A stretch of DNA of 37,252 nt from Calcarisporiella thermophila CBS 279.70 (GCF_041956535.1 NW_027192196.1:104566-141817), one strand, 5' to 3'. Shown: positions 11,301 through 24,526, numbered from the stretch's first letter. Program-made: numbers and translations. The notes: generated by a model not told the origin, from the letters alone.

Positions 11301-11623
11301 GTATTTGACTGCTCGTGCCGCATCCTTGTCAGTCTTATACCCAATGTAACCAAACCGTCTGAAAACACCTGATCTGTTGTTAAAATAAAGCAGCCAGTCA
11401 GAAAATGTAATAATGACGAGCGATGTCTATGAATACATACGATGTTTTCATAAGCTTCGCATCAGTGACCTCCCCCTTCTGCTCGAAATGCTTTCTGAAT
11501 CGTTCCTCTGAATAATGCTTTGGCAGATTTTTAACAATTATTCGGGTCCTATGTCCAACAAACATCAAAATAATGGGATGAGTTTTTTTTTTCTAGGCAT
11601 CATAACGGCTAATGTACTAACAT
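8374..11623 (-). CDS. MRD1: Multiple RNA-binding domain protein 1 (5 RRMs, 40S ribosome biogenesis), multi-exon
   Basis: RRMs [59 protein letters not shown] and [33 protein letters not shown]; acidic linker; about 7 short GT-AG introns. Confidence 0.93.
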
Positions 11624-12075
11624 GACTACTTATGATCAACGTGTGGTCAATAAGAATGGGTAGTGAAATAGAGTAGCAATTCAATTTAATTGTTCCTTGC
11701 AAAATTCACTGTCACATAAGATAGTAAACAGTGTGACTGACATTCTCGAATATTCATTCAAGAGGGAATCTTTGGGTAGTCGGAGGAACACTTTTCTATT
11801 ATACAATGAAGGAAGAGAGAGAAAGTATACCAATATACATCCATAAAAATAACACAATTGAATAATTAAAAACCGTGAGCATCTTTACTGTTATATAATC
11901 GAGAAGGAAGAGGGTGAAGGGGAAAAAAATGAGGCGAATGGAACTTTTGATATAAATTTGGAGCAGAAAATCAGATATATGGGTCAGATATGAGTTGAAA
12001 ATAGAAAAAAAAGGGGAGGGAGGGGGGATACTCGATTTATAATAAATAATACATATTCACAGGAATATTTATAAT

Positions 12076-13421
12076 TTAGCGTTGACCGTTGCCGGTAAAC
12101 TGGTTAATAATCTCGCTTGCGCCAGGAATTTGACCATTCTGTATACATCAAATTAAGAGATTAATTTTTGGATAAAAGGCCCATTTATATTGCAACCTTA
12201 CCTTCAGAGGGCAATCGAAGCTTGCGCTTTCCGAGAGTCGGGGTGCAATTGAAACAAACAAAATTCTGAGATACAGCGTGAGATCGTAGTTGATATTCAA
12301 CTTTTCCTTTGCTGAGCCAGTAAGACTACACTTTTTCGTAATATCGGCAAGAATGGCTTGTGAGTTCTATTCAAGAGAAATGAGTGACCCACTTTTTTAA
12401 GCTTATTCTATCATTGTGAGTGAGTTACCTTCATGGTCGGGTTGTAAGTGATCGAAAGTGGGAATATTATGGTCGTGGTGGAATGCGGCCCAAAATAGAC
12501 GTCCGATTTGTTTCCTCCTCCGACATACACCCCCTTTGGATCCGATCCACTTTCTTGGGCAAAGGCGGCGGGGACGGGATAGTAGGCATCTGCTTTGATC
12601 ATTGAAAAGTAGGGCCCAAATATGTTGTTGTTTACCACACTCACGTTCAGCCCCACATTGATGGTGAATGCCTTATTAGCCTGTGGCTGATATACAGACA
12701 GGCCGTCTGGATGGGTTCCAACCCCTTCGAACTTGATGATCGGCTGCTTGAACGTCCCGACAAGGGCTCCCGCAATAATGATCAGTGCGATCAATAACAC
12801 CAGACATGTACACCCGACAATGCGCAGCCAAAGGGGACAACATCCACAACACCTCCCAAGAAACTCTCTCTTTCGTTGCTGCTTCACATTTTCAAAGTCG
12901 TCGTCGGAGAATCGATGGTATCCAGCATGCTTATTCCCATAAGAGATAATCGAAGGGGATTGGGCGAAAGGCACCTCGGAGTTCGGCAGCGTTTTCATGG
13001 GATAGGAGGGGTCGAGAGAGCCGCGTAAAGTGTCAGCCTCATTGAAATCGGTGTTGGAGGCGGCCGTGGTGCCTGAAGCAGTGGAGGCCAGAGAGTGGTG
13101 CGGATTTTGCGGGATATGCGGCGGCACAGGTGGCGGTGGATGGGGAATGTGGGGCAATTCAGGAATGCTGTTTGGGTCTATCTCATTATGGGGTGACAGC
13201 ACACGCATGGAGTAGTCTTCACCGGGGGAAGGGTGAGCTTCTGGGTAATAATCACGCAACCGCTGAGATGGTTGCGGATATTCGTGTTGGGGTGGCCCTT
13301 GGTCTTCAAACGGGTTCTGGTATGGCTCATATTGTTGAGGGGTAGGATAGGAGGGGTATACGTTGGTAGAATGGGCTTTCTCATTCTCTCCTGGTCGGGA
13401 ATAATATTGCTGGTATGCCAT
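12076..13421 (-). CDS. Single-pass membrane protein with Pro-rich N-terminus and LEA_2-like C-terminal domain, 3 exons
   Basis: MAYQQYY start, Cys-rich juxtamembrane segment (RCCGCCPLW), TM helix, INVGLNVSVVNNN...GGGNKSDV..TIIFPLSITY. Spliced exons continue NSQAILADITKKC...SFDCPLK and NGQIPG...QR*. Confidence 0.75.
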
Positions 13422-13919
13422 GACTAATCCTGGGTCAACCTCACCAACGCGAAAAAAAATATAGGGGAAAAAAGAAATAAACAAAGGAGATAAGACCAAT
13501 GCGGATAATAGAGTCGTTATCCCCGCCACACGTTAAAAATAGACATGCGCCAAGATAGAAAAGGGCAAGAAAAAATCGCGTCACCGGAGAACAAAAAGAA
13601 ACTTCTTTCATGCTATATAAAAGCTAGGCTGTTGGAGCTCGAACCTATTTTCTGGTGGATCATCGGCGATGCAGCCTCCTTTCTTGGAATATGACACCTT
13701 GTTATTTTTTAAGTTAAAAAAAATGAGATCTATATTAGCGAGGGTGGGGAGAATGGGGAAAAACAACGAGGCAAGAAAGAACAGAGAGAGCGCAGAAGAG
13801 GTTCCATCATCATTATATAATTAGATAAAAGAAAAGCGAGATAAAATGAGCCGATATCTTAAAATAAAACATGGATGTAAGATTACTAATAATATAAAAA
13901 TGATATTTGATGTGATTCT

Positions 13920-15336
13920 CTAGTGCCCATTGGCGGTCGCCGGTTCCTCTTTCAGTAGCCATCGGCCTTGTCCATAGTCGAGGGGTCGATCGCCAGTAGA
14001 AAGCTTCTCCACCAATTTTTTGAACGGCTCATCCTCGGGTACATTCTTGAAATACTTTGGCTCCCAGATTTCGCCCGTCTCCGCACGCTTCCGTCTGGCC
14101 GCCCGCTGCTCTTCTTCGATCAACGTCTTCTCACGAGTTGCCAAAGAATAATTCTTATTCCGTAGAGCCTCTGACACCTTATGCCATAGGCGGTGCGATT
14201 CCATGGGGCCCTGCTCTTCCAACGGCTTCAATTGCATTTGAGAAGGGCCCGGTTTGGCCGCATCCAAAAATAGCTTCTTTTCGTTGGTCGCCAGGTCCAC
14301 TACCTCGGATACACTGGCCCATGTGCCTTCGATTTCGTGCGTCGGCTTCCCGGCTGGGTTGGATACCGTGCATTTGAAGCTGTGGTTTGTGCCAGAGAAC
14401 AGGTTGCGGGTGCTATAAGAGAAGCGAGCAGTCCAGCCAGTAGAGGAAACAATCCAGTTGGTATCGCACACTTCGGTATAAGGACTGCCCGTGAGCAAAT
14501 TCTTGATAAAAAGATGGGGTAGAGTCACCAGGTATTGCTCGGAGTTGCGTTTCTTCAGCGTAATCACCACATGTCCTGCTTGGTCGACGTAGACATAGGG
14601 AGCACGGAATCTTGTCTAAGCCGTCATAGGATAGGCAGAGAGTCTAGTCAGTACGAATGGCTCAAGGTATTGGACCGAATGCAGCATCGGTGCTAGGTGA
14701 TTTACCTTTTGGCCGGAATGGCCTACAAGTTCCACTCCCGCCTTCTCGTTTATTCCCCAGAAAGCCGATACGGGGGGATGATGTGAAACCTGCTCTGCCA
14801 TCAACCTCGTTTCGCCCAGATCGCCAACGGCTGGCCATGTTGCAAAAAATTGCTCTCCAAGAGGCGGATTGAATGGCTTTTTCTCGCTTTCTCCTCGGGT
14901 AGCTGCTCTACCTTCGGTTGTGTAGCTCCCGCGCAGAGTAGAGATGAACCATCGGGCCGCTGCAAGCATACGCTCAGATTCTGAATCGGATTCGGTGATG
15001 GCAGCAAAAAGCTCGGGATGATCTACCCAAAAAGCACTAGGAAGAAAAGCGTAAGATTCGAATATAATAGAATCCGAGGCAAAAATTCACGGATGTGCAG
15101 AAACAATCGATGATGAAAGGGGTGAAACCAACTTACGAGTATTCTAGCAGCGACATCCCACTCAGCAGAAACGATGGGCAAGTCATACTGGCGAGATCTC
15201 CGCTGAAAGAGGCAATGGTGCTGAGAAACGACATGAATTCGCTACTCAACTGCTGGCCATTGGATTTTCCGTTCTCGCTTCCTCGTCCATTAGATCCATT
15301 TTTCGAACTGTTGCCTCCGAATAGTCCCGAAAACAT
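13920..15336 (-). CDS. KES1: Oxysterol-binding protein, Kes1/Osh4-like short ORP, multi-exon
   Basis: FSGDLASMTCPSFLLS..SLLEYS, EKKPFNPPLGEQF, OSBP signature EQVSHHPP, EKTLIEEEQR..WEPKYF. Confidence 0.88.
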
Positions 15337-15532
15337 CCTCCGAACAAGTGATGAAAGAAAGAGAATCGATTAAAACAAAGAAGCAATCAACGAAAAAAAA
15401 AAATGATGAATAAGCCTAATAGACAACACAGAAGGGCTTAAAAAAAATGTTGTGTGATATATTGTGTGACTGCGTGACACAACCGGGCATAAAAAAGCAA
15501 ATCCGAATCTCTCTGATCTTCCAGTCCTAAAT

Positions 15533-15605
15533 CGAGCGTACCAGGGGTCGAACCTGGAATCTCCTGATTCGTAGTCAGGCGCCTTGTCCATTTGGCCATA
15601 CACCC
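15533..15605 (-). tRNA. tRNA-Arg (anticodon ACG), identical to the copy at 8097-8169
   Basis: Exact reverse complement of the 73-nt tRNA at 8097. Confidence 0.97.
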
Positions 15606-15670
15606 TATTCAGTTCAAGCCACACGCTTTGTTCCGGAATGACTAGTGTTTATAAACGAAGTTTTGGATTC

Positions 15671-15671
<1 letters not shown>

Positions 15672-15702
<31 letters not shown>
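15672..15702. repeat. Poly-T tract (T31; A31 on the minus strand)
   Basis: Uninterrupted run of 31 T. Confidence 0.95.
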
Positions 15703-15703
<1 letters not shown>

Positions 15704-18215
15704 TTCGGAAAGCTGTTCAGATCGGGACCAATTCGCACTGGCTTGGACTGATGAAGGTGTTGGTCCCTCCTCAAACTTTAAAGAAACCAACAAGTCGCTG
15801 GAGTCCTGGTCTACAAAGAATATCCGGGGCATAATGGACTAGTGGTCTAATAAAATCCATACGATGCTTTTCCAATATGCGATTCGACTCTGATGCCGAA
15901 AGGTGGCGCCTTGCTCTACTAATGACTCCTGTATCCATCTGTCTGCTTATCAACCGTGGGCATTTTTCGTTGTCGAGTTCAATTGGGAAATCTAAGCCTA
16001 CTCTCATCGCGTCATTAAGTGATAACATTGGTTCACGAACTCGACTCATCCTTGAGTTTATTCAAATTGATAGATGCAAACTAAGTTAGTTCGACGGATT
16101 AAATATAAAATTTCAACGAGGAACACACCATCTAATTCTCTAGCTAGTCTGTCCCCTCCCAGGAGGCCCGAGGTGTCATATACTGTTGGAGGTTGCTAAA
16201 ACAACTTGCCTGGGTCATGTAAGCATATTAAGCCAGAATATGCTTTGAGTGACTTATGTCATTCGGGATATCAAAGCAAACCCGGCACGGTACCCGGCTG
16301 GTTTGCTCAACTGGTTGCCCGCTAAATGCAAGCATCTTCGGCATTATGAAGACGCTCTACCCAGATACTCGTTGCTCAGCCCATCACTGCTATTCATTTC
16401 GCCCCCTTGTTATCATGTACAGTGTCAGCACATAACCTTTGTGCCATTCTCCAATGTTTGCACAGAGCTTCCTGAACTTTCTATGCTCTGCTTCGACTCT
16501 CCAACGGGTTGTCGGAGTTACTAGGCCGTAGTTAATAAAAAGAACTTCTAGATAACATCATCAGCCGTTTTAACCCTAACTTTAATTCCCACCTGTGTAA
16601 TATTTGCTTCTGTCGCCTTATAGAATATGGACCCTCGGTCAATTGGACTGCGTGTTTGGTGACCTTGCTAGCTCTCCATTTGAATTTCTTTTCTTTCAAT
16701 TGACTCTTTCCAGAGTGCAAAGATGCAAATTGTTCAACATCGTCGCCTTGACTGCCAAGAGGAATCTCGTCCGAGTATTGACGCCCAAACGGGACAAGCG
16801 GATTCCCATGGGAGAGCCCTGGTGCAACTGAAGCTGAAGCTCGAGCTGGAATCATCCGCCGTTGCCGCAAAATCTTGGATGCTAAAGGTTAAGCACTCTG
16901 ACCGTACCCGTGGAATGGGGGTGCAGCAAGCTATTTGTACCCAGTATAAGCTTTTTCGCTCGGAGTATCTATGGTGCCCCTGTGGCTTCATTTGTAACTC
17001 AGGATAGCCTGACCATGGGTTTAGGGAGAGAGGCTGACCCCTGAATTCCCCATGCGTAGCTCTGCTGTCAAGGCCAAGTTGGGCCATCCCCCAGACTTGC
17101 TCGGTCTCGCCTTACTCTGGGCCGGAGTCTAACCATGCAGTCGCGCAAAGCCGTTGAGAGGCTCCGAAGGGGTGGTGTGCATCGCGTGCGCGCCAGACTC
17201 TTCTCCCGGCGCTTGGCTGCAAACCCCTTCTCTGCCGGTGACAATTAAGCTCTGGCCCGTTGAGGGTTTTAGACTTTCAGCTCACAAGAAGGATGGATGG
17301 GATCTCTTGTTCATTTAGAATTCAATACCGCGTCATCCCCCTGCCCTATTCCGAAAATACCTTGGGTTTCCCGGGCTGCTTTGATTAGCCGAAGGCGAGA
17401 CTGGCTTCAGCCGAGGGGGTTGGGTGCGTCTGCAAGATGCAGCTCGATGTATAAAAATGAAGCGATTGTGCTAAATCAACCCGGTTGCATGCGGCTGTAG
17501 CAGGGCCGCCTTTCCAAGCCTTGCTGGCTGGGGGAGGGGGGCAGCGCGGCCTCGACTCGAACCCGCTCGAATTGATTCTAGGCCCTTGGTCGAGATCGAG
17601 CGGCCCGCGAACGAGGGCGGGTTGACGCGTGAGCAATGATGAAAGCGACACTGACTCGCAAAGGCTTCAAATCCTGTGAAAATTATATTTGTGCATGTGC
17701 GACTCAAATGCACGGTGCCCCCGGGAAAGATTTCGCGTAACCCGCTTGCAAAAAGTCTATTTTTTTTTTTGGCTGTGTGGTGTTTCTCCTGCTAACAGAG
17801 CTAGCCGCTGCTCTTTAGATCAACGAACTATTGCCTAAGGTAGGTTGCGCCCGCGGCGCTTGCCCTCTGCCGCCCAGAGGGGCGGTCCCTTCTTTTTCCG
17901 CTCTGTTTTTCAGGGCGAATGGGCCGGGCCTGGGATTCAGAAACATAAATAATAAAAACCTCGAATAGCCAAGATTACGAGATTGTGTATTTATTTTCTG
18001 TGTCGCTCACTTTTTTATTTTTTGTCTTTTATTCTTCGTCATTCCTTCCATTGCGCGCGTCCGATTCGATTCCCTTGGTTGTTAATTCTTTGCCTTTTTA
18101 TTCCTCGCTCTTCTATTAGATCGTCCAAATACTGTGCGTGTACTACCTCATCTTGTTTCAGACTTGCTATTTTTTGCGGTTTTCTCATTTTGCCCCATCG
18201 ATTCATAGGGTCGAG

Positions 18216-18981
18216 ATGTCGAAAGCACAATTCCTGCGCGAATACAAGCTGGTGGTTGTGGGTGGAGGAGGTACCGATTCATCCCGATTTCTGATGATGT
18301 GGATGCTTATTCCCAATCTCATCTCTAGGTGTCGGCAAATCTGCACTGACGATTCAGTTCATCCAGAGCCATTTCGTCGACGAATACGATCCCACCATCG
18401 AGGACTCCTACCGCAAGCAGTGCGTCATTGATGATGAGGTCGCCCTGCTTGATGTGCTCGATACAGCGGGCCAAGAGGAATATAGCGCCATGCGTGAACA
18501 GTACATGCGCACCGGGGAGGGCTTTTTGTTGGTATATGCCATCACGAGCCGCTCAAGTTTCGAGGAGATCAGCATGTTCCATCAGCAAATACTGAGAGTG
18601 AAGGACAAGGACTATTTCCCGATGGTGGTGGTGGGAAACAAGAGCGACTTGGTACACGAGAGGCAGGTTTCCACGCAAGGTATGGCTTCCCCCCTCTCTC
18701 CCCATATCAACGGGTTCCCGTTTTGTCCATTCGATCCAATGGACTCACTGGTCTCTTTCTGCTTGTTTATAGAGGGCAAGGAGCTTGCTCGACGATTCCA
18801 GTGCCCCTTCCTTGAGTCGTCGGCAAAAGACCGCATCAACGTAGAGGAGGCATTTTATGACCTTGTGCGCGAAATCAGGAGGTACAATAAGGAGATGTCG
18901 CCGGGTGCTCGGCAGAACGGATACTCCTCTGAGCAGGCCCAGACAGAAAAAGAGGGCGGATGTTGCTGCGTCGTGATGTGA
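18216..18981 (+). CDS. RAS1: Ras small GTPase (Ras1-type), 3 coding exons
   Basis: [18 protein letters not shown]|[49 protein letters not shown]-terminal CCCVVM (CaaX plus palmitoylation Cys); introns at about 18271-18328 and 18680-18772. Confidence 0.96.
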
Positions 18982-19542
18982 GGTCGCGTGTTTCATTCTG
19001 ATGAGCATCTTTCTTTTTATCCTTATTTGTTTGTTTTCTATTCCGTTTCGATGACCGAGTTTCTCTCTTCTATTTTTTTTTTCCCTTCGTTTATTTCTTA
19101 TTTCTTTTTCCATCTATATCTATCTTTTTCAATACTCTAATTATAATCGTTGTCTTTATCCATATCTAAATAAATAATATTTGTATTTGACCGCACCTTG
19201 GAAACCTCGCCTCTCCTCTTGGAGCTTGGTCACTGCTCTGCTGCGCCACATTTCCCAAAGTGACTATGCTTGATGGACACGCCCGTAATGGACATCTAAT
19301 TTTTCCCTCTCCTGTGTATAAGTAACCCCCCTTTGGACTCTGCCCCACTAATTTATCATCTCCATCCTGATGAACTCACTATTTTGATCCGTTCACTTGA
19401 TCACGCCTGCTGAGAATTGTCACTTTAGCACCTCTATAGCTTCCGAAATTTAGAATCTATAATAGCTTTCCCCAAAATCAAAGGGCTTTGATCCCATTGA
19501 TCCCCATCGATTTCTAAAATCATCCTTGGATCTCACCCCACT

Positions 19543-20277
19543 ATGGCTGCTGAGGTAATCGAGATTTTGAGCGATAGTGAACCGGAGGATATTGTAGCTA
19601 GCACAAGTGCATCTCAATCGCAATCAGTAGACGATGATGTCATTATCACTCGTGTCGTCGAGAACCACTCTCCATCCCATACCTTGACCGGCCCCTTCGA
19701 GATCCTAGATTCTGTCCTACGTACCGCCAATAATCCCCCCCCTCCACCCGCTGCATCTCCGGCCCCGTCCACCCGCTCGCGCCGAGGCCGCCCTACCCGC
19801 CGCGCCGCCCCCCGACGGACACCGGGGGGTCGGGGTCCTTCACAAAACTCGCGGCGGCGCACTTGGATGAATGCGCAACGCATGCAGGCCGCCATGTCAG
19901 GCCTTCTTCAGCCGCGATATTATCAGTTCCAGACGGTGCTGATGGAAGGATTGCCTCCAACCTGGCTAGATTCTTCCCCGGACTGGTTTTGGGAGGACGA
20001 GGATTCCGAGAGTGGGCGCCGCGCTGCTGGCCCTTACCCTACATCAGCGCCGATGAAGCCGGCGCGGGTGGCGAAGCCGGGGTTCACCCGGTCCCTGGCC
20101 CAACCGGTAGCGTGCCCGCTGTGCTTGAACGAGCTGTCCGAGAAGGAGATGCATGCGGTGCGGAGGTGTGGGCATGTGGTGTGCGGCACATGCGTCGAGA
20201 GCCTCACCAGGGGGGGGCGGAAGTGCGCTTGTGGCAAGCGGGTATATCCCCGGGACGTCATCCGGTTATTTGTTTGA
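19543..20277 (+). CDS. SIM-containing C-terminal RING-finger protein (SUMO-targeted ubiquitin ligase-like; RNF4/Slx5/Slx8/Rfp-type architecture)
   Basis: SIM-like motifs EVIEILSDSE and DDDVIITRV; C-terminal CPLC...CGHVVCGTC...CAC...IRLF. Confidence 0.75.
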   Translation: MAAEVIEILSDSEPEDIVASTSASQSQSVDDDVIITRVVENHSPSHTLTGPFEILDSVLRTANNPPPPPAASPAPSTRSRRGRPTRRAAPRRTPGGRGPSQNSRRRTWMNAQRMQAAMSGLLQPRYYQFQTVLMEGLPPTWLDSSPDWFWEDEDSESGRRAAGPYPTSAPMKPARVAKPGFTRSLAQPVACPLCLNELSEKEMHAVRRCGHVVCGTCVESLTRGGRKCACGKRVYPRDVIRLFV

Positions 20278-20618
20278 TCACTTCTCCATCTCGTTTTCTT
20301 GTTTGCACTGCATGTAATATTCTTGTTCATCCTCCTATTTAATAAATTCTTCTCATCATCTAATCGTGCCCAATCAGCGCCGGTCTTGGGATTGAAAATC
20401 AGATTGAAAATCTTGCCGGCCTATGAGCGGTGAGATCCCTCGTCTTTTTAAACCTAACCCTCAAACTTGACCTCTCTCTCCGCTACCGCTTTTTTGCTGG
20501 CTCTTGGCTTCCTGTCTTCCCTAACCTTCTCCTCTTCCCCCGCTCGCCCTTCGCCCTCTTCCTCCGCCAGTTCGATCCATCCTCTGTTGCTCCCGCTCTC
20601 CCAATCATAATCGCCATT

Positions 20619-20990
20619 ATGCGGATACATGCCTACTCGCTTTTCTTGGTCCTCCCTGCCTGGATCTCTGCCCAGGGTATAGAGTCGCTCGACAAAAAAT
20701 CCATTGTTTGCGTGCTCTCCGGCTCGCACGACGAGTCCTGCCCAGTCTCGTCTGAACCTGGCCTCTGCAAGAGTCTCGGCCAGAGCTGCCAATTCCCCAT
20801 TTCGTCCCTCACCGTGGTCCCTAATGATGCCGAGGTGCGCCTCTACTCCGATGACAATTGCTACGACATCATCAAGAGTTTCAATGGGGATGTGAATGAG
20901 GTGGGCGGATTGACCGCCAAGAGCATCAAATTGTTTGGCAAGATGCAGAACGAGGAGGCTCCCGAACCCTCAACCGCTCCCGCTAGCTGA
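20619..20990 (+). CDS. Small secreted Cys-containing protein (123 aa), beta/gamma-crystallin-like motif
   Basis: Signal-peptide-like MRIHAYSLFLVLPAWISA; ISSLTV..VRLYSDDNC..AKSIKL pattern. Confidence 0.65.
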   Translation: MRIHAYSLFLVLPAWISAQGIESLDKKSIVCVLSGSHDESCPVSSEPGLCKSLGQSCQFPISSLTVVPNDAEVRLYSDDNCYDIIKSFNGDVNEVGGLTAKSIKLFGKMQNEEAPEPSTAPAS

Positions 20991-21416
20991 ATGGCCTGCG
21001 ATGCTCAACCGCCTACCCCTACTCCCTGACCCTTTATCTGATATGCTATATTATAGTTGCTATATCGCACTTCTAATGTCGCTTTGATTTATTTTTACTT
21101 CTTGATCCCTCCTGGCTTCCCAGGAAGCAACTGTAAATAGAGTAGGCTTCTCTCTCTCTCTTTCTACTTTTCCATTTTAATGATATGGTTACTTTTTTAT
21201 CTCCTTCGCTTTCTAATAATAATAATATATAAAAGACAAATAATCATGTATTAAAGTAAGAATGCGGGCGGGAAATGGAAGGGGGGGGGGGGGGAGGGAA
21301 TAGAATAATTATCGTTGGGTGCTATGCCAAGGCTAACCGAATAAATGGAGTGGGAAAAAGAATCATAGTGGAAATAAACCAACTGAATATAGCACGAGAC
21401 TCGGGAAGAGGAGAGG

Positions 21417-23403
21417 CTATACCCCCTGCACCACCCGGGGCCATGTCTGTCGTATCTTCTCGAAGAGCTCGGGTTTTGTTCGCGCTAGTGCGCCGGGGTC
21501 CTCGGCCAGGGCCACGAAGGTAGTGGCGTTACCTGATAGGATCACACTTCCAAAGATGTACCTAGAATAAAGGAAAGAAGGGGGGTTAGAAGAGCACATC
21601 AAGCCGTCCGCCGATAGAGTTTAGCCCTCCGCAACGCTTACATCATCTGCAGGCCAAGCAGGAAACTGACGAACACAATGATGACGGTGTAGGGGCCATT
21701 GGCCGCCCCACCATTGAATGCGGGCTTGGCAATCACCAGATAGATGTAGCCCAGCACCCCTGTGATGATGCCCACCAGGAAGGCACCCATCCCCACCACG
21801 TTTCCAACCAGGTTGTCGTTGATGATCTGCTCAATGCCGCGGTCTTTGATGATGGTCCAGGTGTCCTTGGCGGCCCGCAGGAACGGCTTTCCATAGATGG
21901 CACATTGAGTATACGCGTAGAAGTTGATGTATTCAAGGATCCCCTCGATACAAGCCAGCAGGCAGTCAATGCAGATGAGGCAGAAAGCGGCAAACGCGTT
22001 ATTGGAATCGTACGCGGCAGAGCGCGTGAGCGTGCGCAGGGTCTGGATAATCGCAATAAGAAGCCCCCCGAAGCAGACACTTCCAAAGCTGGTGGTGAGC
22101 GCTCGTTTCAGCGATCCAATGGTGGGGTTGGACGGGGCCGTGGGGGTTCCGTACAAGAAGTAGTAGGAGGCAAATGCGCCACTGACGGTAACGTGAATCA
22201 CACCTTCAATCACTGTGGATGGAGCAGAGGATTCCGCGGGTGAGCGTCAACAAAGTTCGATGCTATAGCGCGACACCCTTACCTTGTGTTACCCAATAGA
22301 AGCTAAAAACGGAGTAGATCATTGCCACCACAAGACGCCCATCACTGGTCGTCTGCTGAGTGCCGTTGGGCTGCGTGGTAGTGGTGGAGAGCCATTGGTA
22401 GAGCCCAATGACCGTCAAAATCCACCACACGTTGTAGGCAATGGCTACCACCAGGCCGGCGATGGCAATGATGACGGTGCCGTAGTATCTAAAGGAAAAG
22501 GAGAGGCGGATTAGAGGATCAAGGGTTGGCCAGTCACATATGCACGGTGACAGTTACTTGCGCATGATGGAGGTGACGGTCTCCAGCATGACCACGGCGA
22601 AAGGAATGCGGCTTTTCCACCAGAACCACATCATGATAAAGAGCACCGAGAATATCAAAAAGATAATCGCGCCTACAAAATATCTACCAAGGGACATTCA
22701 AAAAGCATTAGCCATCGGCTCTTCTTGGAAAGGAATTGGCCCATGATCGATTACCCCATAACAAAGAAAAATATCGTGACGCCAATGTACACGAGAATGG
22801 ACAGAAGAAAAGTGAATTTGATGAAGAAACGCGGGAATCTGTAGTATTGCAAAAGTAAATGCAGAATGAGCTCACATCGTCAGGGTTCAACTGGTGCCAC
22901 TCTGCCCAGACTCATTACCTTTGGGCGAGCAGAACATAGAAAAAGCTTATCACGAATCCAATCACGGCAAGGATAAACAGCACCACAATTAAGCCGGTGT
23001 CCAGATTAATACTAGAAGACGTGCCCGAGCCCGAGGGGCGGCCAGAAAATATACCCTTATCCACGGCTGCACTCAAGCCAAAGTAGCTCAGTACCACAAA
23101 CCCAAGCAGGTGCACGATAAAGAGGATCGCAAAGAAAACATCATTGCATTTAGGCTGTGGATTGAATTTTTCAGAGTCTTGCGGTCGCGGGGGAGGGGGT
23201 TGGTAAGACTGTTGCGGAGATGCATAGCCGTCCGGACCAGATTGGTACGTAGGAGGGGGCGGCATGTAGTATGGTTGGGATTGGGGCGGTGGCGGATTGG
23301 GCGGTGGTGCGTACTGTTGCTGTGGAGGAGGCGGCGGGTAATAAGGCTGTTGCTGGCCACCTTGATAGCCCTGGCCTTGCGGAGGCGGATAGCCGTAGGA
23401 CAT
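21417..23403 (-). CDS. PNS1: PNS1 / choline transporter-like (CTL/SLC44) membrane protein, multi-exon
   Basis: P/Q/Y-rich N-terminus, CNDVFFAILF, RIPFA, HVTVSGAFASYYF, RALTTSFGSVCFG, INFYAYTQCAIYGKPFLRAAKDTW, IINDNL, TTFVALAEDP. Confidence 0.9.
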
Positions 23404-24526
23404 TGCGATTTAGAGTAGGTTTTGTGGTGATGGAGAGAAAAGAAACGAGGAGATTTTAATAGAACGGGAGCGAAAAAAGGCCGATTAACAAAAAGAGATT
23501 TGACGGAGGCACTTTAATGAAAAGACCTTACGCCACCACACTCAAGAATTTTCGATTGAAAAAAAATTGCCCTAAACAAAGCTCCAGGATTGGAGGAAAT
23601 TAAAAGATATTCTTGGCAGCCGATTTCTACCCGGCTTAATAGGGAAGAGAATTTGCCAATACGCTATTGAATGAAGGTAGTCAGTCTTCTCTATTGTATG
23701 GGGACGGCTGGTGTTGATTCATATTTTTACTACTGTTTTGTTTGCTTACATAACAAGTCTAGGGGGCGAGGTCCGGTAGGCGTAAATGGGCAGAAAGAGC
23801 AGAATTTTGGATACTATTTTGTCATACCGCCGATATAGTATGATTCTTTGAACACGCCCTGAAACCTTTTTTTTTTCTCGAAGTGTTAAGTTGAATTGGT
23901 AGAGATCGAATTTACGATCGCTGTTGGAGTGACAACTTCTAGGATAAAAGATGAACCAAAGATATTCTACCGTACACTGAAGAGAGTTTCATTTATCCAG
24001 AATAAAAAAAAGCCAAATATCTTAATTTGACTAGCTACAATCATGCTTATTTCTATAACGGATCTCCACAATTTATATGCATTTTTGCGTACTCGTTCAT
24101 CAGCGTAATAGCCTATTAACACAAATAAGTTTACATTAAGTTAACAGGTGATTGAATAATAGCGAGAGGACGATTGACGAGTCTGGTAATGCAATTACGA
24201 GCGTACTACCATTAGTTAGAAAATCCATAGTAAATAATTTATACTCTTCATCGCAAAGAACAGTTCATCGATGACTTGGAAATGAATTGGCAACCCCCAG
24301 TCGATGCCTCATGGGTTTCTTCATTGGAAAATGGGGAGCCCCTGTTATCGATGGCAGAACAACCCGAATAATACGTATTATAAACTATGGACTATTTCAA
24401 AACACCATCTTTCCAACCTTTTTTCTTTCACTCTTTTCCACAAATCTCCTATTGATATAGATATATGTATTTTTTATTAGATTTTGCTTTCAACCTTATT
24501 ACATATATTGCACTCTTCTCTAGTCA

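Noticed and set aside
13422-13529. Hydrophobic N-terminal extension of ORF 12411..13529
   Set aside because: It starts at a non-ATG codon and runs through T-rich 5' UTR-like sequence; the first ATG is at 13421.
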